Origin: Ignavibacteriota bacterium
GTDB lineage: Bacteria > Bacteroidota > Ignavibacteria > UBA10030 > UBA6906
NCBI GenBank assembly: GCA_963801355.1
Contig: CAWDEM010000008.1
Span: 2,592,001 to 2,656,000 of the forward strand
DNA length: 64,000 nt
Direction: 5' to 3'
The notes under the pieces are model-generated. The model did not search any database and was not told the DNA's origin. It worked only from the letters and a program-made list of their open reading frames with translations. Below, one piece after another: positions 1 to 9,834 of this stretch. Within the stretch, counting starts at the first letter, position 1; the number at the start of each line of letters is the position of its first letter. Both the position numbers and the translations under genes were made by a program.

Positions 1-515
1 CGAAATCTGCTGGCGCGGATGTGACACATATCCGGGAAAACCGGTTCGTCACCAAGGCGATCAACGGCGAAACCATCAAGGAATGGCCGGTCTACAAAGA
101 CTACCTCGAAGCGGACAAAGTGATCAATGTACCGATCGCCAAGCACCACAGCCTTTGCCGTGTGACTCTGGGCATGAAGAATCTCATGGGTGTGATGGGC
201 GGCAACAGAGGCGATATCCATAACGGGTTCACACGGAAAATTGTGGATATCGACAGAGCGATTCTTCCGACATTGACCATCATTGATGCGTACCGCATTC
301 TCACGGCCAACGGTCCTGTCGGCGGCAACCTCGCCCACGTGAAAACCCCCCGCACGCTGATCATGAGCCCCTGCCTGGTGACCGCCGATTACCTCGCGCT
401 TGACCTCTTCGGACTCAAAGTGGATGAAGTCGACGTGGTCGCCGATGCCTTGAAGCACGGGCTGAACAAGTTCGACGTGAAGGCCCTGAACGTCAAACGT
501 CTGCGGCTGTCGTGA
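1..515 (+). CDS. DUF362 domain-containing protein (5' truncated by window edge)
   Basis: Frame open from position 3; motifs INVPIAKHH, TLGMKNLMG, IIDA..ILTANGP typical of DUF362; family commonly adjacent to 4Fe-4S membrane proteins. Confidence 0.8.
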   Translation, partial: KSAGADVTHIRENRFVTKAINGETIKEWPVYKDYLEADKVINVPIAKHHSLCRVTLGMKNLMGVMGGNRGDIHNGFTRKIVDIDRAILPTLTIIDAYRILTANGPVGGNLAHVKTPRTLIMSPCLVTADYLALDLFGLKVDEVDVVADALKHGLNKFDVKALNVKRLRLS

Positions 516-2101
516 CCATGGAGAAGCTGCGGCGGGTTGTGCAGGTCGTATTCCTGGCGTTCTTCGTCGTTCTCTTCCTGATCGCACGGTATCCCTATTC
601 AGGAAATGTGGAGGCGGACCTCTTTCTGCGGTTCAGCCCGCTCATCCCGCTGTTCCATTTTCTCCAGGATTTCTCCGTCTCCCTGGTGCTCTGGCCGGCG
701 CTGATCATTCTCATCGCGACCCCCTTTCTCGGACGCTTCTTCTGCGGTTGGATCTGCCCATTGGGAACCACCATCGATGCGGCAAGCAGGTTGATCACAT
801 CTCCTTCGAACCGGGTCGCGGAGAGGTGGGAAAAGCTGAGGTTTCTGAAGTTCGCTCTTCTGGTTGCGTGTCTCCTTCTGGCGCTTTTCTCTGTGCATGT
901 CTGGGGGTATCTCGATCCTCTGTCGATTTTCAATCGGGCGCTGACGGTGGTATTCTATCCCCTCGGGACGCTTTTTGCGGATCAAACAATGCTTGCGGCA
1001 ACGAAGGTCGGGATTCTCGACACACCTGTGTCCTTCCTCTACGATCTGTTCAAGACACACATCATGCCGGAGATGCAGGCCCATTCGCAGCAGCTTTTCT
1101 GGATCGCGTTGTTTGTCGGCGCCATTCTCGGGGCGGAGAAGGTGTCACGGCGGTTCTGGTGCAGGAACATCTGCCCCGCCGGTGCGTGGCTCGGATTTCT
1201 CTCGCAGTTCCGGATGTTCGAACGCATCGTCGGCGAAGCATGCCCGGTCTGCAATAAATGCCAGACCGAGTGCAAGATGAATGCAATCCCCCGCGGCGAT
1301 GTGAAGCACACCAGCAAGGTCGAGTGCATCGACTGCTTCAATTGCGGTGCCGTCTGTCCGCCAAAAGTCAATGCCATCACTTATCGCTGGCGGTGGAAGC
1401 CCTATCACACATCCGTGGATTTCACGCGGCGGCAATTTGTGCGTACCACGGCGGGAAGTGCGGTCGCACTCGGACTGTTGAGCGTGGGATTGACCAACCG
1501 GGATGCGAAGGAACGACAGATCAGGCCACCAGGCGCGCTGCCGGAAGACTTGTTTGCCGACAAGTGCATCCGTTGCCAGGAGTGCGTGCGCATCTGTGCG
1601 TCCAATGGCGGGTGCCTGCAGCCGGACGGCATCCGGACAACCGTGCTCGATCTCTGGCTGCCTGCTGCTGTAATGCGGGAGGGGTACTGCGAATTCAACT
1701 GCAATCTGTGCGGTCTGGTCTGTCCGACCGATGCGATCGTGCCCATGGCGCTCGAAACAAAGCAACATACCCCGATCGGTCTGGCGCACTTCGACAAAGA
1801 TCTCTGCATACCCTACGCGCAGAACTCAGACTGCATCGTGTGTGAAGAGCACTGCCCGACAGCGGACAAAGCCATCAAATTTGAAAAGAAGCCGGTGACC
1901 CTCCGCGACGGCGGCACACGGATCGTCAAGTATCCGTATGTCATACGGGACCTGTGCATCGGTTGCGGCATCTGTGAAACAAAATGTCCGCTCCCGGGGC
2001 ACGCGGGGATTTTTGTCACCACAGAAAACCAGCGCCGCTCGGGTGCTCCTGCAACTCCTACGCCCCAGCCGGCCCCCTCCGAGACGTCACCATATGGGTG
2101 A
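512..2101 (+). CDS. Membrane 4Fe-4S polyferredoxin (NapH/MauN-like N-terminus fused to NapG/MauM-like C-terminus)
   Basis: TM helices, GRFFCGWICPLG and RFWCRNICPAG motifs, several CxxCxxCxxxCP, internal TRRQFV and IRPPGA motifs; GTGA overlap with upstream gene. Confidence 0.85.
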   Translation: MTMEKLRRVVQVVFLAFFVVLFLIARYPYSGNVEADLFLRFSPLIPLFHFLQDFSVSLVLWPALIILIATPFLGRFFCGWICPLGTTIDAASRLITSPSNRVAERWEKLRFLKFALLVACLLLALFSVHVWGYLDPLSIFNRALTVVFYPLGTLFADQTMLAATKVGILDTPVSFLYDLFKTHIMPEMQAHSQQLFWIALFVGAILGAEKVSRRFWCRNICPAGAWLGFLSQFRMFERIVGEACPVCNKCQTECKMNAIPRGDVKHTSKVECIDCFNCGAVCPPKVNAITYRWRWKPYHTSVDFTRRQFVRTTAGSAVALGLLSVGLTNRDAKERQIRPPGALPEDLFADKCIRCQECVRICASNGGCLQPDGIRTTVLDLWLPAAVMREGYCEFNCNLCGLVCPTDAIVPMALETKQHTPIGLAHFDKDLCIPYAQNSDCIVCEEHCPTADKAIKFEKKPVTLRDGGTRIVKYPYVIRDLCIGCGICETKCPLPGHAGIFVTTENQRRSGAPATPTPQPAPSETSPYG

Positions 2102-2133
2102 GCAGCGGGATTTCTGTTCCCAACCGTCAAATC

Positions 2134-3600
2134 TTACTTGTGCTTTTCCTCCCACGCCAGATTCCAGTCCCACTTGTTGAAATAGAGGTTTCCTCCCCTC
2201 CATTCCACTTCACCCCGCTGCAGGTCCACCGTCTCCGACCGAGGAAAGACCTTTGCCGGATAGAAGGGCTGCGAGAAGGCATCGTTGAATATCAACCGGT
2301 AACTGTCCATTCCGTTCACATAGAAAAACCGCATCGCATCGTTTGTTGTCTCCCGCATCCCGTACGTCACATCCATCGGTACCCAGCCATACGGTTCGAA
2401 GTAGACCATCCCCCAGTCATGCATGCTCTGGCCGGGTGGACGGAATTCCCAACCGGATTGCCACCGGGCAGGAACGCCGTTCAAACGGCAGAGCGTGACA
2501 AACAGCAATGTCTGCATCCCGCAATCCCCATGACGATTCTCGTACGCGTACATGCTGAGATTGGGCACCGTGGAATACTCGCGCGTCAACGCCCATGTAA
2601 CGCTCGTGTCCACCCACGCAAACAACTTCCGCGCAACCAGGACCGGGTTTGATTCCTCCCCCACTATCTCCTTTGACAGCTTCTTCAACTCAGGAGTGAA
2701 CACGATGTGCGGCGGCTCTTCACGGATGAAGGGCGCAAGGTCAGCGGTGACCCGCATCGCCTTCACGCGCGCCGGATCAACGGGAACGTAGACACCATGC
2801 GATGTATATTCGTATTCGACGCTGAATGTGGTCCTGGCGCTGCCCGCAGACGGTTTTTCGAAGTAGATGGTCCGCTGCAGAAACGCGTTGTTGTCGGCAA
2901 CGATGGAGCGGGGAGGATCAGTGGAAAGCACGCGTATGTCCCCCTGGCGGCCGGCAATGTCTCGCGGAAAAGGAAGCCAGCAACGGATCGTCTCTCCTTC
3001 GGGCACTTCCCCGCCATCCACGGTGATGCTCTGCTTCACGCGAAGGCGCACAGGCTTGACGTATGGTTTCCCGGATTTGACGGCGGCTTTCATGACAAGG
3101 ACTATGTGGGCATCAAGTCCGGATTCACTCGCGAGCCCCGTGTCGGCGGGATCGTTCTTGTGTTGCTCCTTCCATACCTGCCGCGCGCGTGGATCGAGCC
3201 GGAAGAGATTTCTTGCCGCACTGTTGAAGTACCACCTCTGTCCGTCGATGGTCATTGACTCCAGCGCATGTGATGCCTCGAAACGGGCATAGTCTTCCGG
3301 AGTAAGGGATGGTAAGCGGGCTCCGATATACTTTTTGACTTCCTGTTCGGTCTGGCGGAAGTCCAGCCGGATGCGGTTCATCCGTTCGGTCTCAAATTCC
3401 CACTGCAGGCGCTGCGACGGCGTCAGCGCAGTGTCCCGCTGGAGCATCTCTGCGATTGCACTCTGTGCCCTGGCAAAATCCCCCCCGGCAATCCATTGGC
3501 GAATCTGCTGTTCGCCCGGAGGAGCGCACGAAGACGCAGGAGGAATCGATACAGAGAGCGCCACGACGAGCACAAGAAGAATGCGTCTGCGGGATCGCAT
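2134..3600 (-). CDS. Secreted transglutaminase-like domain protein
   Basis: Start MRSRRRILLVL with signal peptide; catalytic-type motifs GDCGMQ, MHDW, WVPMD. Confidence 0.8.
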   Translation of the reverse strand: MRSRRRILLVLVVALSVSIPPASSCAPPGEQQIRQWIAGGDFARAQSAIAEMLQRDTALTPSQRLQWEFETERMNRIRLDFRQTEQEVKKYIGARLPSLTPEDYARFEASHALESMTIDGQRWYFNSAARNLFRLDPRARQVWKEQHKNDPADTGLASESGLDAHIVLVMKAAVKSGKPYVKPVRLRVKQSITVDGGEVPEGETIRCWLPFPRDIAGRQGDIRVLSTDPPRSIVADNNAFLQRTIYFEKPSAGSARTTFSVEYEYTSHGVYVPVDPARVKAMRVTADLAPFIREEPPHIVFTPELKKLSKEIVGEESNPVLVARKLFAWVDTSVTWALTREYSTVPNLSMYAYENRHGDCGMQTLLFVTLCRLNGVPARWQSGWEFRPPGQSMHDWGMVYFEPYGWVPMDVTYGMRETTNDAMRFFYVNGMDSYRLIFNDAFSQPFYPAKVFPRSETVDLQRGEVEWRGGNLYFNKWDWNLAWEEKHK

Positions 3601-3631
3601 GAGTTGTCCTTTGCCTGTGAAATGGTCACAT

Positions 3632-3660
3632 AATATAGAGCACTGCCGAGGAACCTGCAA
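3632..3660 (-). promoter_or_regulatory. Putative sigma70-type promoter of the transglutaminase gene
   Basis: TTGCAG-17nt-TATATT on minus strand, about 30 nt upstream of the ATG. Confidence 0.5.
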
Positions 3661-3694
3661 GCCGGGGAACGAGGCGAAATACTTTCTGCCGCCC

Positions 3695-3723
3695 TTGACA
3701 AATGTTCTCTGATTTCGTATAGT
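3695..3723 (+). promoter_or_regulatory. Sigma70-type promoter of the trp leader/trpB2
   Basis: TTGACA(3695-3700)-17nt-TATAGT(3718-3723). Confidence 0.8.
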
Positions 3724-3741
3724 AAGCAGAGAGAATCGGTC

Positions 3742-3810
3742 ATGCAATCGACACGTCATATGCAGCAGGCTTGGTGGTGGCGCCGCCCGACGGTGTCCCC
3801 GCCCTATTGA
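3742..3810 (+). CDS. trpL: Tryptophan attenuator leader peptide MQSTRHMQQAWWWRRPTVSPPY (22 aa)
   Basis: Three consecutive TGG codons in a short ORF between a consensus promoter and an intrinsic terminator upstream of trpB2; absent from the supplied ORF track. Confidence 0.85.
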   Translation: MQSTRHMQQAWWWRRPTVSPPY

Positions 3811-3829
3811 CCGTAGAGAGTATCGTCAC

Positions 3830-3866
3830 AAGGTGGGAACGCCACGCGGAGTTCCCACCTTTTTTT
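3830..3866 (+). terminator. Attenuator (intrinsic terminator) upstream of trpB2
   Basis: AGGTGGGAAC-loop-GTTCCCACCT followed by a T run; leader segment GGTGTCCCCGCC can pair with the 5' arm as an antiterminator. Confidence 0.85.
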
Positions 3867-3954
3867 GTGCCCTTCCGGACAGAAACCGTGGACTCCAGTC
3901 GCGGCTGACCCCCTCCCAAAGTCAGCATTACGTCCAACTAACTGGAGCCACTCC

Positions 3955-5319
3955 ATGCAGCAGAAAATTCTTCTCGAAGAGCGGGAGATGCCGACGGCGT
4001 ATTACAACATTGTGCCGGATCTCCCCGAACCGATGGCACCGCCGCTCCATCCGGGCACAGGCAAGCCCATCGGTCCCCAGGACCTCGCAGCCATTTTCCC
4101 GATGGAGTTGATCAAACAGGAGGTCAGTCAGGACCGCTCCATCGAGATCCCCGAGGAAGTTCAACGCATCTACAGACTTTACCGCCCCACGCCCCTGATG
4201 CGGGCATTTGCGCTCGAGAAATTGCTGGACACGCCGGCCGAAATTTACTACAAGTACGAAGGTGTGAGCCCTTCGGGCAGTCACAAACCCAACACGGCGA
4301 TCCCGCAAGCCTACTACAACAAACAGGCCGGGATCAAGCGGCTCGCCACGGAAACCGGCGCCGGCCAATGGGGAAGTTCTCTTGCCTTTGCATGCAAATT
4401 GTTCGGCCTGGAGTGCAAGGTGTACATGGTGAAAGTGAGCTATCACCAGAAACCGTACCGCCGTTCACTCATTCACGCCTGGGGTGGTGAGGTCGTGTCG
4501 AGCCCGAGCAGCGACACCGCGGCAGGCCGCGCCGTACTTGCCGCGCACCCGGACTCCCCGGGCAGTCTCGGCATCGCCATAAGCGAGGCGGTGGAAGATG
4601 CGGCAGGCCGGGAGGACACCAACTATTCACTCGGCAGCGTATTGAACCATGTGCTGCTCCATCAAACAGTGATAGGTCTCGAGGCAATGAAGCAGCTCGA
4701 GAAGGTGGACCGTTTCCCGGATATCGTCATCGGGTGTGTCGGGGGCGGTTCAAATTTCGGCGGCATTGCCCTCCCCTTCATCCGGGAGAAGATCAAGGGA
4801 AAGAGCCTTCGCGCCATCGCAGTGGAACCCGCGTCATGCCCGACTCTGACACGCGGCGAGTACCGCTACGATTTCGGCGATATCGCCAAGATGACGCCGC
4901 TTCTGCCGATGTACACGCTCGGCCATACCTTTGTCCCTCCGTCAATCCATGCGGGTGGGCTCCGGTACCACGGCATGGCGCCGATACTGAGCCGGCTGCT
5001 GAAAAGCAGTTTGATTGAAGCGCGCGCATATATGCAGAATGAAATTTTCCAGGCTGCGGTGCTCTTCACACAGAACGAAGGAATCATTCCGGCGCCGGAA
5101 TCCGCGCATGCCATCAAGGCAGCCATCGATGAAGCTCTCCTTGCCCGCAAGGAAGGAAGGAAGAAGGTGATCCTCTTCAACCTGAGCGGACACGGACACT
5201 TCGACATGGGTGCCTACGATGCCTATTTCGCAGGGCGCCTCGAAAATCATGAGATGCAGCCCGGCGATATCTCGGTGGCATTGGAGGATCTCAAAGGCCT
5301 GCCGGCACTGCCGCAATAG
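3955..5319 (+). CDS. trpB2: Tryptophan synthase beta chain, type 2 (TrpB2)
   Basis: [11 protein letters not shown] lysine, [43 protein letters not shown]; start MQQKILL. Confidence 0.95.
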   Translation: MQQKILLEEREMPTAYYNIVPDLPEPMAPPLHPGTGKPIGPQDLAAIFPMELIKQEVSQDRSIEIPEEVQRIYRLYRPTPLMRAFALEKLLDTPAEIYYKYEGVSPSGSHKPNTAIPQAYYNKQAGIKRLATETGAGQWGSSLAFACKLFGLECKVYMVKVSYHQKPYRRSLIHAWGGEVVSSPSSDTAAGRAVLAAHPDSPGSLGIAISEAVEDAAGREDTNYSLGSVLNHVLLHQTVIGLEAMKQLEKVDRFPDIVIGCVGGGSNFGGIALPFIREKIKGKSLRAIAVEPASCPTLTRGEYRYDFGDIAKMTPLLPMYTLGHTFVPPSIHAGGLRYHGMAPILSRLLKSSLIEARAYMQNEIFQAAVLFTQNEGIIPAPESAHAIKAAIDEALLARKEGRKKVILFNLSGHGHFDMGAYDAYFAGRLENHEMQPGDISVALEDLKGLPALPQ

Positions 5320-5324
5320 CACTC

Positions 5325-5357
5325 GTCTCCCGGGCCGCCGCGAGCGGCCCGGGAGGC
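5325..5357 (+). terminator. GC-rich hairpin after trpB2 (terminator or stabiliser, no U tract)
   Basis: CTCCCGGGCCGC-CGCGA-GCGGCCCGGGAG. Confidence 0.45.
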
Positions 5358-5463
5358 TCTCTGCAACCCTCCGCCGTTCCTTCCGTATGCAGAATGGTGG
5401 ACCGGGAGATCCTCTCCGTCACTCTCCCCACCTCCCTTTGTCTCACGGAACTCCGGGCATTTC

Positions 5464-7017
5464 ATGACACTTGCTACAGCGATCCGCAAGTCCTGGGACG
5501 ACGGCGCAGCCGCGCCGTTCGTGATCGCAATCCTCTTCCTGGGCCTTCACTTCTACACGAATGCCTTCGCCGGCTACGGATACTTCAGGGACGAACTCTA
5601 CTATCTGGCATGCACCGAGCACCTCGATATGGGGTACGTTGACCAGCCTCCCCTCTCAATCTATGTTCTCGCCGTGAGCAGATGGGTGTTCGGCGATTCC
5701 CCGTTCGCTCTCCGCCTGATCCCGGCACTCGCCGGAGCGATGCTTATTCTCCTGGCGGGATTCATGGCCAATCAGATGGGAGGCAGCAGGACTGCCGCGC
5801 TGCTCGCAGCGATGGGGACGGCGGCTGCGCCGATCATGAACGGCATGACGGGGATCTACTCCATGAATCCCCTGGATCTCCTCGCTTGGTCGCTCGTCGC
5901 CTGTGCGACAATCCGTCTTCTGCGAACTGAATCTCCCCGTTGCTGGCTGCTTCTCGGGACGGCACTCGGGGTGGGTGCGCTCAATAAAATCGGGATCCTC
6001 TGGTGGGGAGCCGGCATCGTCGTAGGACTGCTGCTCACTCCGTCGCGAAAATGGTTCACCACACGTTGGCCGTATATCGCCGGAGGAATTGCTCTGCTGT
6101 GCTTCTTGCCCTATGCCATCTGGAACGCAACGCATGACTTTGCTCATCTTGAATTCATGCGGAATGCGCTTTCGGGAAAGTACAGCGGACTGACCCCGCT
6201 GGCATTTCTCGGTGGTCAGATCCTCTTGCAGAATCCGTTCGCGCTGCCGCTGTGGCTGACCGGCATCGCCGGGCTGATGTTCTGGGCACCGCTCCATAAA
6301 TATCGCGCACTCGGGGTTGCGTACCTGGTCGTCTTCGCAATACTCATATTCAACTGGCACAGTAAGGCGGAGTACCTCGCGGCAGCGTACCCGATGCTCT
6401 TCGCCGCGGGGGGGATCGGGCTGGAGAAGTTCTTTGTACATCCTCCCAGGCGCTGGATGGTACCGGTGTATGCGGGACTGCTGGCGGTGAGCGGGCTCGT
6501 GTTCGTTCCGTTCGCCATTCCCATTCTTCCCGTTGAGACGTATATCGCCTATGCCGAACGGATGGGCATCGGGCCGTCAACCGCCGAGACTCATCAACTC
6601 GGACCGTTGCCGCAATTCTACGCAGACATGTTCGGCTGGCCCGAGAAGGCAGCAGCGGTCGCGGCGGCATTCCACCGTCTCGCTCCGGAAGAGCAGGCAC
6701 GGTGCGCCATCTTCGCAGACAACTATGGACGATGCGGCGCTCTGGACTTCTTCGGACGCCACTACGGCCTTCCCCGGTCGATCGGCGTGCACAACTCCTA
6801 CTGGCTGTGGGGACCCGGCGAATATACCGGTGAGCTGGTACTGATCCTGGGAGGAGATCTGCAGGGAAAACAGAAGGATTTCTCTCGCGTGGAGATCGTC
6901 GGCACCGTGAGTACCAAGTATTGCATGCCGTACGAGGACAACCTGAACATCTACCTCTGCCGCGGCCTGCACACCCCCCTCAAGCAGGCCTGGAAGAAAT
7001 GCAAGAGCTTCGGATAG
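5464..7017 (+). CDS. GT-C membrane glycosyltransferase (ArnT/PMT_2, GT39/83-like)
   Basis: RDELYY...GYVDQPPL motif and multiple TM helices. Confidence 0.85.
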   Translation: MTLATAIRKSWDDGAAAPFVIAILFLGLHFYTNAFAGYGYFRDELYYLACTEHLDMGYVDQPPLSIYVLAVSRWVFGDSPFALRLIPALAGAMLILLAGFMANQMGGSRTAALLAAMGTAAAPIMNGMTGIYSMNPLDLLAWSLVACATIRLLRTESPRCWLLLGTALGVGALNKIGILWWGAGIVVGLLLTPSRKWFTTRWPYIAGGIALLCFLPYAIWNATHDFAHLEFMRNALSGKYSGLTPLAFLGGQILLQNPFALPLWLTGIAGLMFWAPLHKYRALGVAYLVVFAILIFNWHSKAEYLAAAYPMLFAAGGIGLEKFFVHPPRRWMVPVYAGLLAVSGLVFVPFAIPILPVETYIAYAERMGIGPSTAETHQLGPLPQFYADMFGWPEKAAAVAAAFHRLAPEEQARCAIFADNYGRCGALDFFGRHYGLPRSIGVHNSYWLWGPGEYTGELVLILGGDLQGKQKDFSRVEIVGTVSTKYCMPYEDNLNIYLCRGLHTPLKQAWKKCKSFG

Positions 7018-7020
7018 GGA

Positions 7021-9834
7021 TCACCGTACCCAGCGCGTGCCGCACAAGTCCACAAACGCACAGTTGGGGCAATGCCGGCGGAGGTCGGTGGTCGGAACAA
7101 ATGGTGTACCCTCAGCACCGATTTCATCAAGAAGTCCGTGGATGACTGTTTCGAGCCGGACGGACAGCTCCGCAACATTGTCGCTGTCCCCGAAGAGGGG
7201 GGCTTCCATGGTCGAGTCCACAATTTGCCTGCCAAGCATCACATACGCCGGCACGAGGTGCTCAACGCCCGTGCCGGTCGTCCGGCTGTACAACATCGCA
7301 TAAAACGGCAACTGCAGTGAGCCGATTGACGCCTTCCACCCTTCGCGATCATTGACGTCAAGCGCATCGAAACGGATGCGGTACCGGTCTCTGTCGGCCG
7401 CCGTTTTATAGTCCAGTATGAAAACTCTGTCGCCGCGCATTTCGACGTGGTCCGCCCTGCCGACAAACCGTCGTCCCCGGTTCTCGCACTGCATACGATG
7501 TTCAACATCGATAACCGTAACCGGCGACCCATCCACGAGCGGCCGGCGCCACTCCACCAGGTAACGTCTCAGCTGCCGCTCCACCTGCATCTTCATGAGA
7601 AGCCGTTGTCCGCGAGGATGCACACCGAAACGCGCGGCAAACACGCCGTCCACAACCGCAGCCATGCGCTCCGGGTCGACAAGACTGTCGCGCATCGTGG
7701 GGCCGATGAGAGTCCGGTGATACTCCGCCAGCACTTCGTGCACAAAAGTCCCGATCTCCGCACGATCGACTTCCTCCTCCACTTCCTCTCGCTCCGAGAG
7801 ACCGAGCACGTGGGCATAGTAGAATCTGAGTGGGCATGCAAGATAGGTATCAAGCATTGTTGCGCTGTACGAGAGGCGTCCCACCAGGGATCGCACTTCT
7901 CCGGTCTTTGTAACCGGTGGCGGCTCCCGGTGCGTCAATGCCACCTGCAGGTCGACCGGGCGAACATCGCCGGCATCTCCGATTCTGCGTCGCTCTTGTT
8001 CACGATCCCAGATGATGCCTTCGACGAACCGGCTTCTCTCCTTGCCTCCTCCCTCACGGTAGAAGAGATGCACCTCGTCTGCTCCGCCGAGCAGCACGGC
8101 AAACTGGTGCGCGATCACCCGTTCATGATCGCGGCGCCCGGGCAACCCGAGCGCGGCACGCACACGGGGCGGGAGGAGGGGATCCACGTCCGCTCCCCCG
8201 GGAAGGACGTCATCGGTCAGATCCAGGACACAGACTCTTTTGAACTGGAGGTTCCGCGTCTCCAGCCACCCCAGTACCTGCAGTCCCTTCAGCGGGGTTC
8301 CATGGAAAGGCACGACGCCGCCTTCCACAAGCTGCCCGAGAATAGTAGCGCTTGCCCGGGGAGTGTGCACCTGAAAGGTCCCGAGGCGGGAGTTGCGCAC
8401 CTGGTCCAGAGTGTCGATGATCTGAAGTACGAACTGACGGAACATCGTATGTGACGCGGCGGTACCCTCTTCCGCAACGTAGGTCAGCAAATCGATGCAA
8501 CATCGCGCTGCCCCGGCCAGGGTCGTGGCTTCCATCGGGAGATGCAATGCCGCGGTATGGATGCTCCGTAAGTGACGCGCCACTTCATCCACCGTGACGT
8601 CCACGTCGACGCCTCGCACAGCCGCGCGGATGCGCTCATGCAAACCTCGATGTCGCTCCAGATCCTCAAGCCGGAAGAACGTCCACCCCCTCTCACGCGC
8701 GAAGAACTCTTCAATTGTGTGAAACATGACGCGCGTCGCATCCCCCGAGCCGTTCCACCGGATGTTCTTGAGATAGGGATGCAGTACACACCCGAGATAC
8801 TCCCGGGCGTACACCTGCCCCTCCCTCATGGACGAAAGCACTTTCCAGACGCCCGCCAGGAATCCAAACACTGGCGTGCGGTCCACGGGGTACCCCAGAG
8901 AAATATTGTGCTCGCCGGCGAACGGAAGCACCCAGTGGACAAGGGGGAAGAGGGCGTTGGCCGAAGGCAACACAATCACGGTGTCTTCGTCAAGAGGGAT
9001 CCCGCGGGTTTGCATCTCCTCCACCACGCGGGCCAATCCTACAATCTGTCCGTGTGTGTCGCCGGCGCGGTAGAGGTGAATAGAGGGGCGGGTGGGATGC
9101 AGCGCCGGTGCCTCCCCACCGACGCCCAGGCTGCGCAGCATGTCCGCCACCACCGGGCCGTTCTCCAGAAGACAGTGAACCTGCGACAGACTCAGCAGAT
9201 GCCTGACAACAGCGCGCTCAGTCGCCGTCAGTGCAGCAATGCCGGCGAGTATCACCGTCGTGTAGCGCAGGAGCGAGATTGCGGATGTATGCGCGGCACA
9301 GAGTTCATGCTTGACCCCGCGCGTGACCTTTCCCTCGTCCTGGATGCGCATGTAGAACCGTTCATACAGCATGGCAAGCATGTGACCGTTGTCGAACTGC
9401 AACCCCGCACTTGCCGCCCTGACGCGATCTGGATCGGCGCGTTCGTCTTTCAACTCCTCCAATGCATCAAAGAGACGCCGGCCAAGAGGGAGAAAAGACT
9501 CGAGCGTTGCATAGCGGTCCCCGCCCAGTCGCGGTGAGGCGGCGCAATGCAGATCGAAAAGGATGCTCACCGCATCCAGAGGGCCGATTTCGTCGGCGGA
9601 ACCAAGCAACTCTTCCCTGTAGAGCGCATCCAGGAGTGTCTCAAGCGTGTACACCCGCGGGGGAAGGAACGCCCTCCCGAGCCGCCGGGCCAGCGCACGA
9701 CGCAGGAAGTGGCCCGGACGCCTCCCCTCAAAAACCACGAGAGAAGAGGAAAAATCAGACGCCCCGGGCGGAAGCAGAGCGAGCACTTCGTCGATGAGGT
9801 TGCCGCCCGTGGGCACCACCCTGACCCGGTTCAT
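7021..9834 (-). CDS. addB: AddB-like PD-(D/E)XK nuclease subunit
   Basis: GLQVLGWLETRNL, SATMLDTYLACPLRFY, GRADH..ILDYKT, C-terminal CxxCxxxxxC Fe-S staple; ATGA overlap with addA. Confidence 0.8.
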   Translation of the reverse strand: MNRVRVVPTGGNLIDEVLALLPPGASDFSSSLVVFEGRRPGHFLRRALARRLGRAFLPPRVYTLETLLDALYREELLGSADEIGPLDAVSILFDLHCAASPRLGGDRYATLESFLPLGRRLFDALEELKDERADPDRVRAASAGLQFDNGHMLAMLYERFYMRIQDEGKVTRGVKHELCAAHTSAISLLRYTTVILAGIAALTATERAVVRHLLSLSQVHCLLENGPVVADMLRSLGVGGEAPALHPTRPSIHLYRAGDTHGQIVGLARVVEEMQTRGIPLDEDTVIVLPSANALFPLVHWVLPFAGEHNISLGYPVDRTPVFGFLAGVWKVLSSMREGQVYAREYLGCVLHPYLKNIRWNGSGDATRVMFHTIEEFFARERGWTFFRLEDLERHRGLHERIRAAVRGVDVDVTVDEVARHLRSIHTAALHLPMEATTLAGAARCCIDLLTYVAEEGTAASHTMFRQFVLQIIDTLDQVRNSRLGTFQVHTPRASATILGQLVEGGVVPFHGTPLKGLQVLGWLETRNLQFKRVCVLDLTDDVLPGGADVDPLLPPRVRAALGLPGRRDHERVIAHQFAVLLGGADEVHLFYREGGGKERSRFVEGIIWDREQERRRIGDAGDVRPVDLQVALTHREPPPVTKTGEVRSLVGRLSYSATMLDTYLACPLRFYYAHVLGLSEREEVEEEVDRAEIGTFVHEVLAEYHRTLIGPTMRDSLVDPERMAAVVDGVFAARFGVHPRGQRLLMKMQVERQLRRYLVEWRRPLVDGSPVTVIDVEHRMQCENRGRRFVGRADHVEMRGDRVFILDYKTAADRDRYRIRFDALDVNDREGWKASIGSLQLPFYAMLYSRTTGTGVEHLVPAYVMLGRQIVDSTMEAPLFGDSDNVAELSVRLETVIHGLLDEIGAEGTPFVPTTDLRRHCPNCAFVDLCGTRWVR

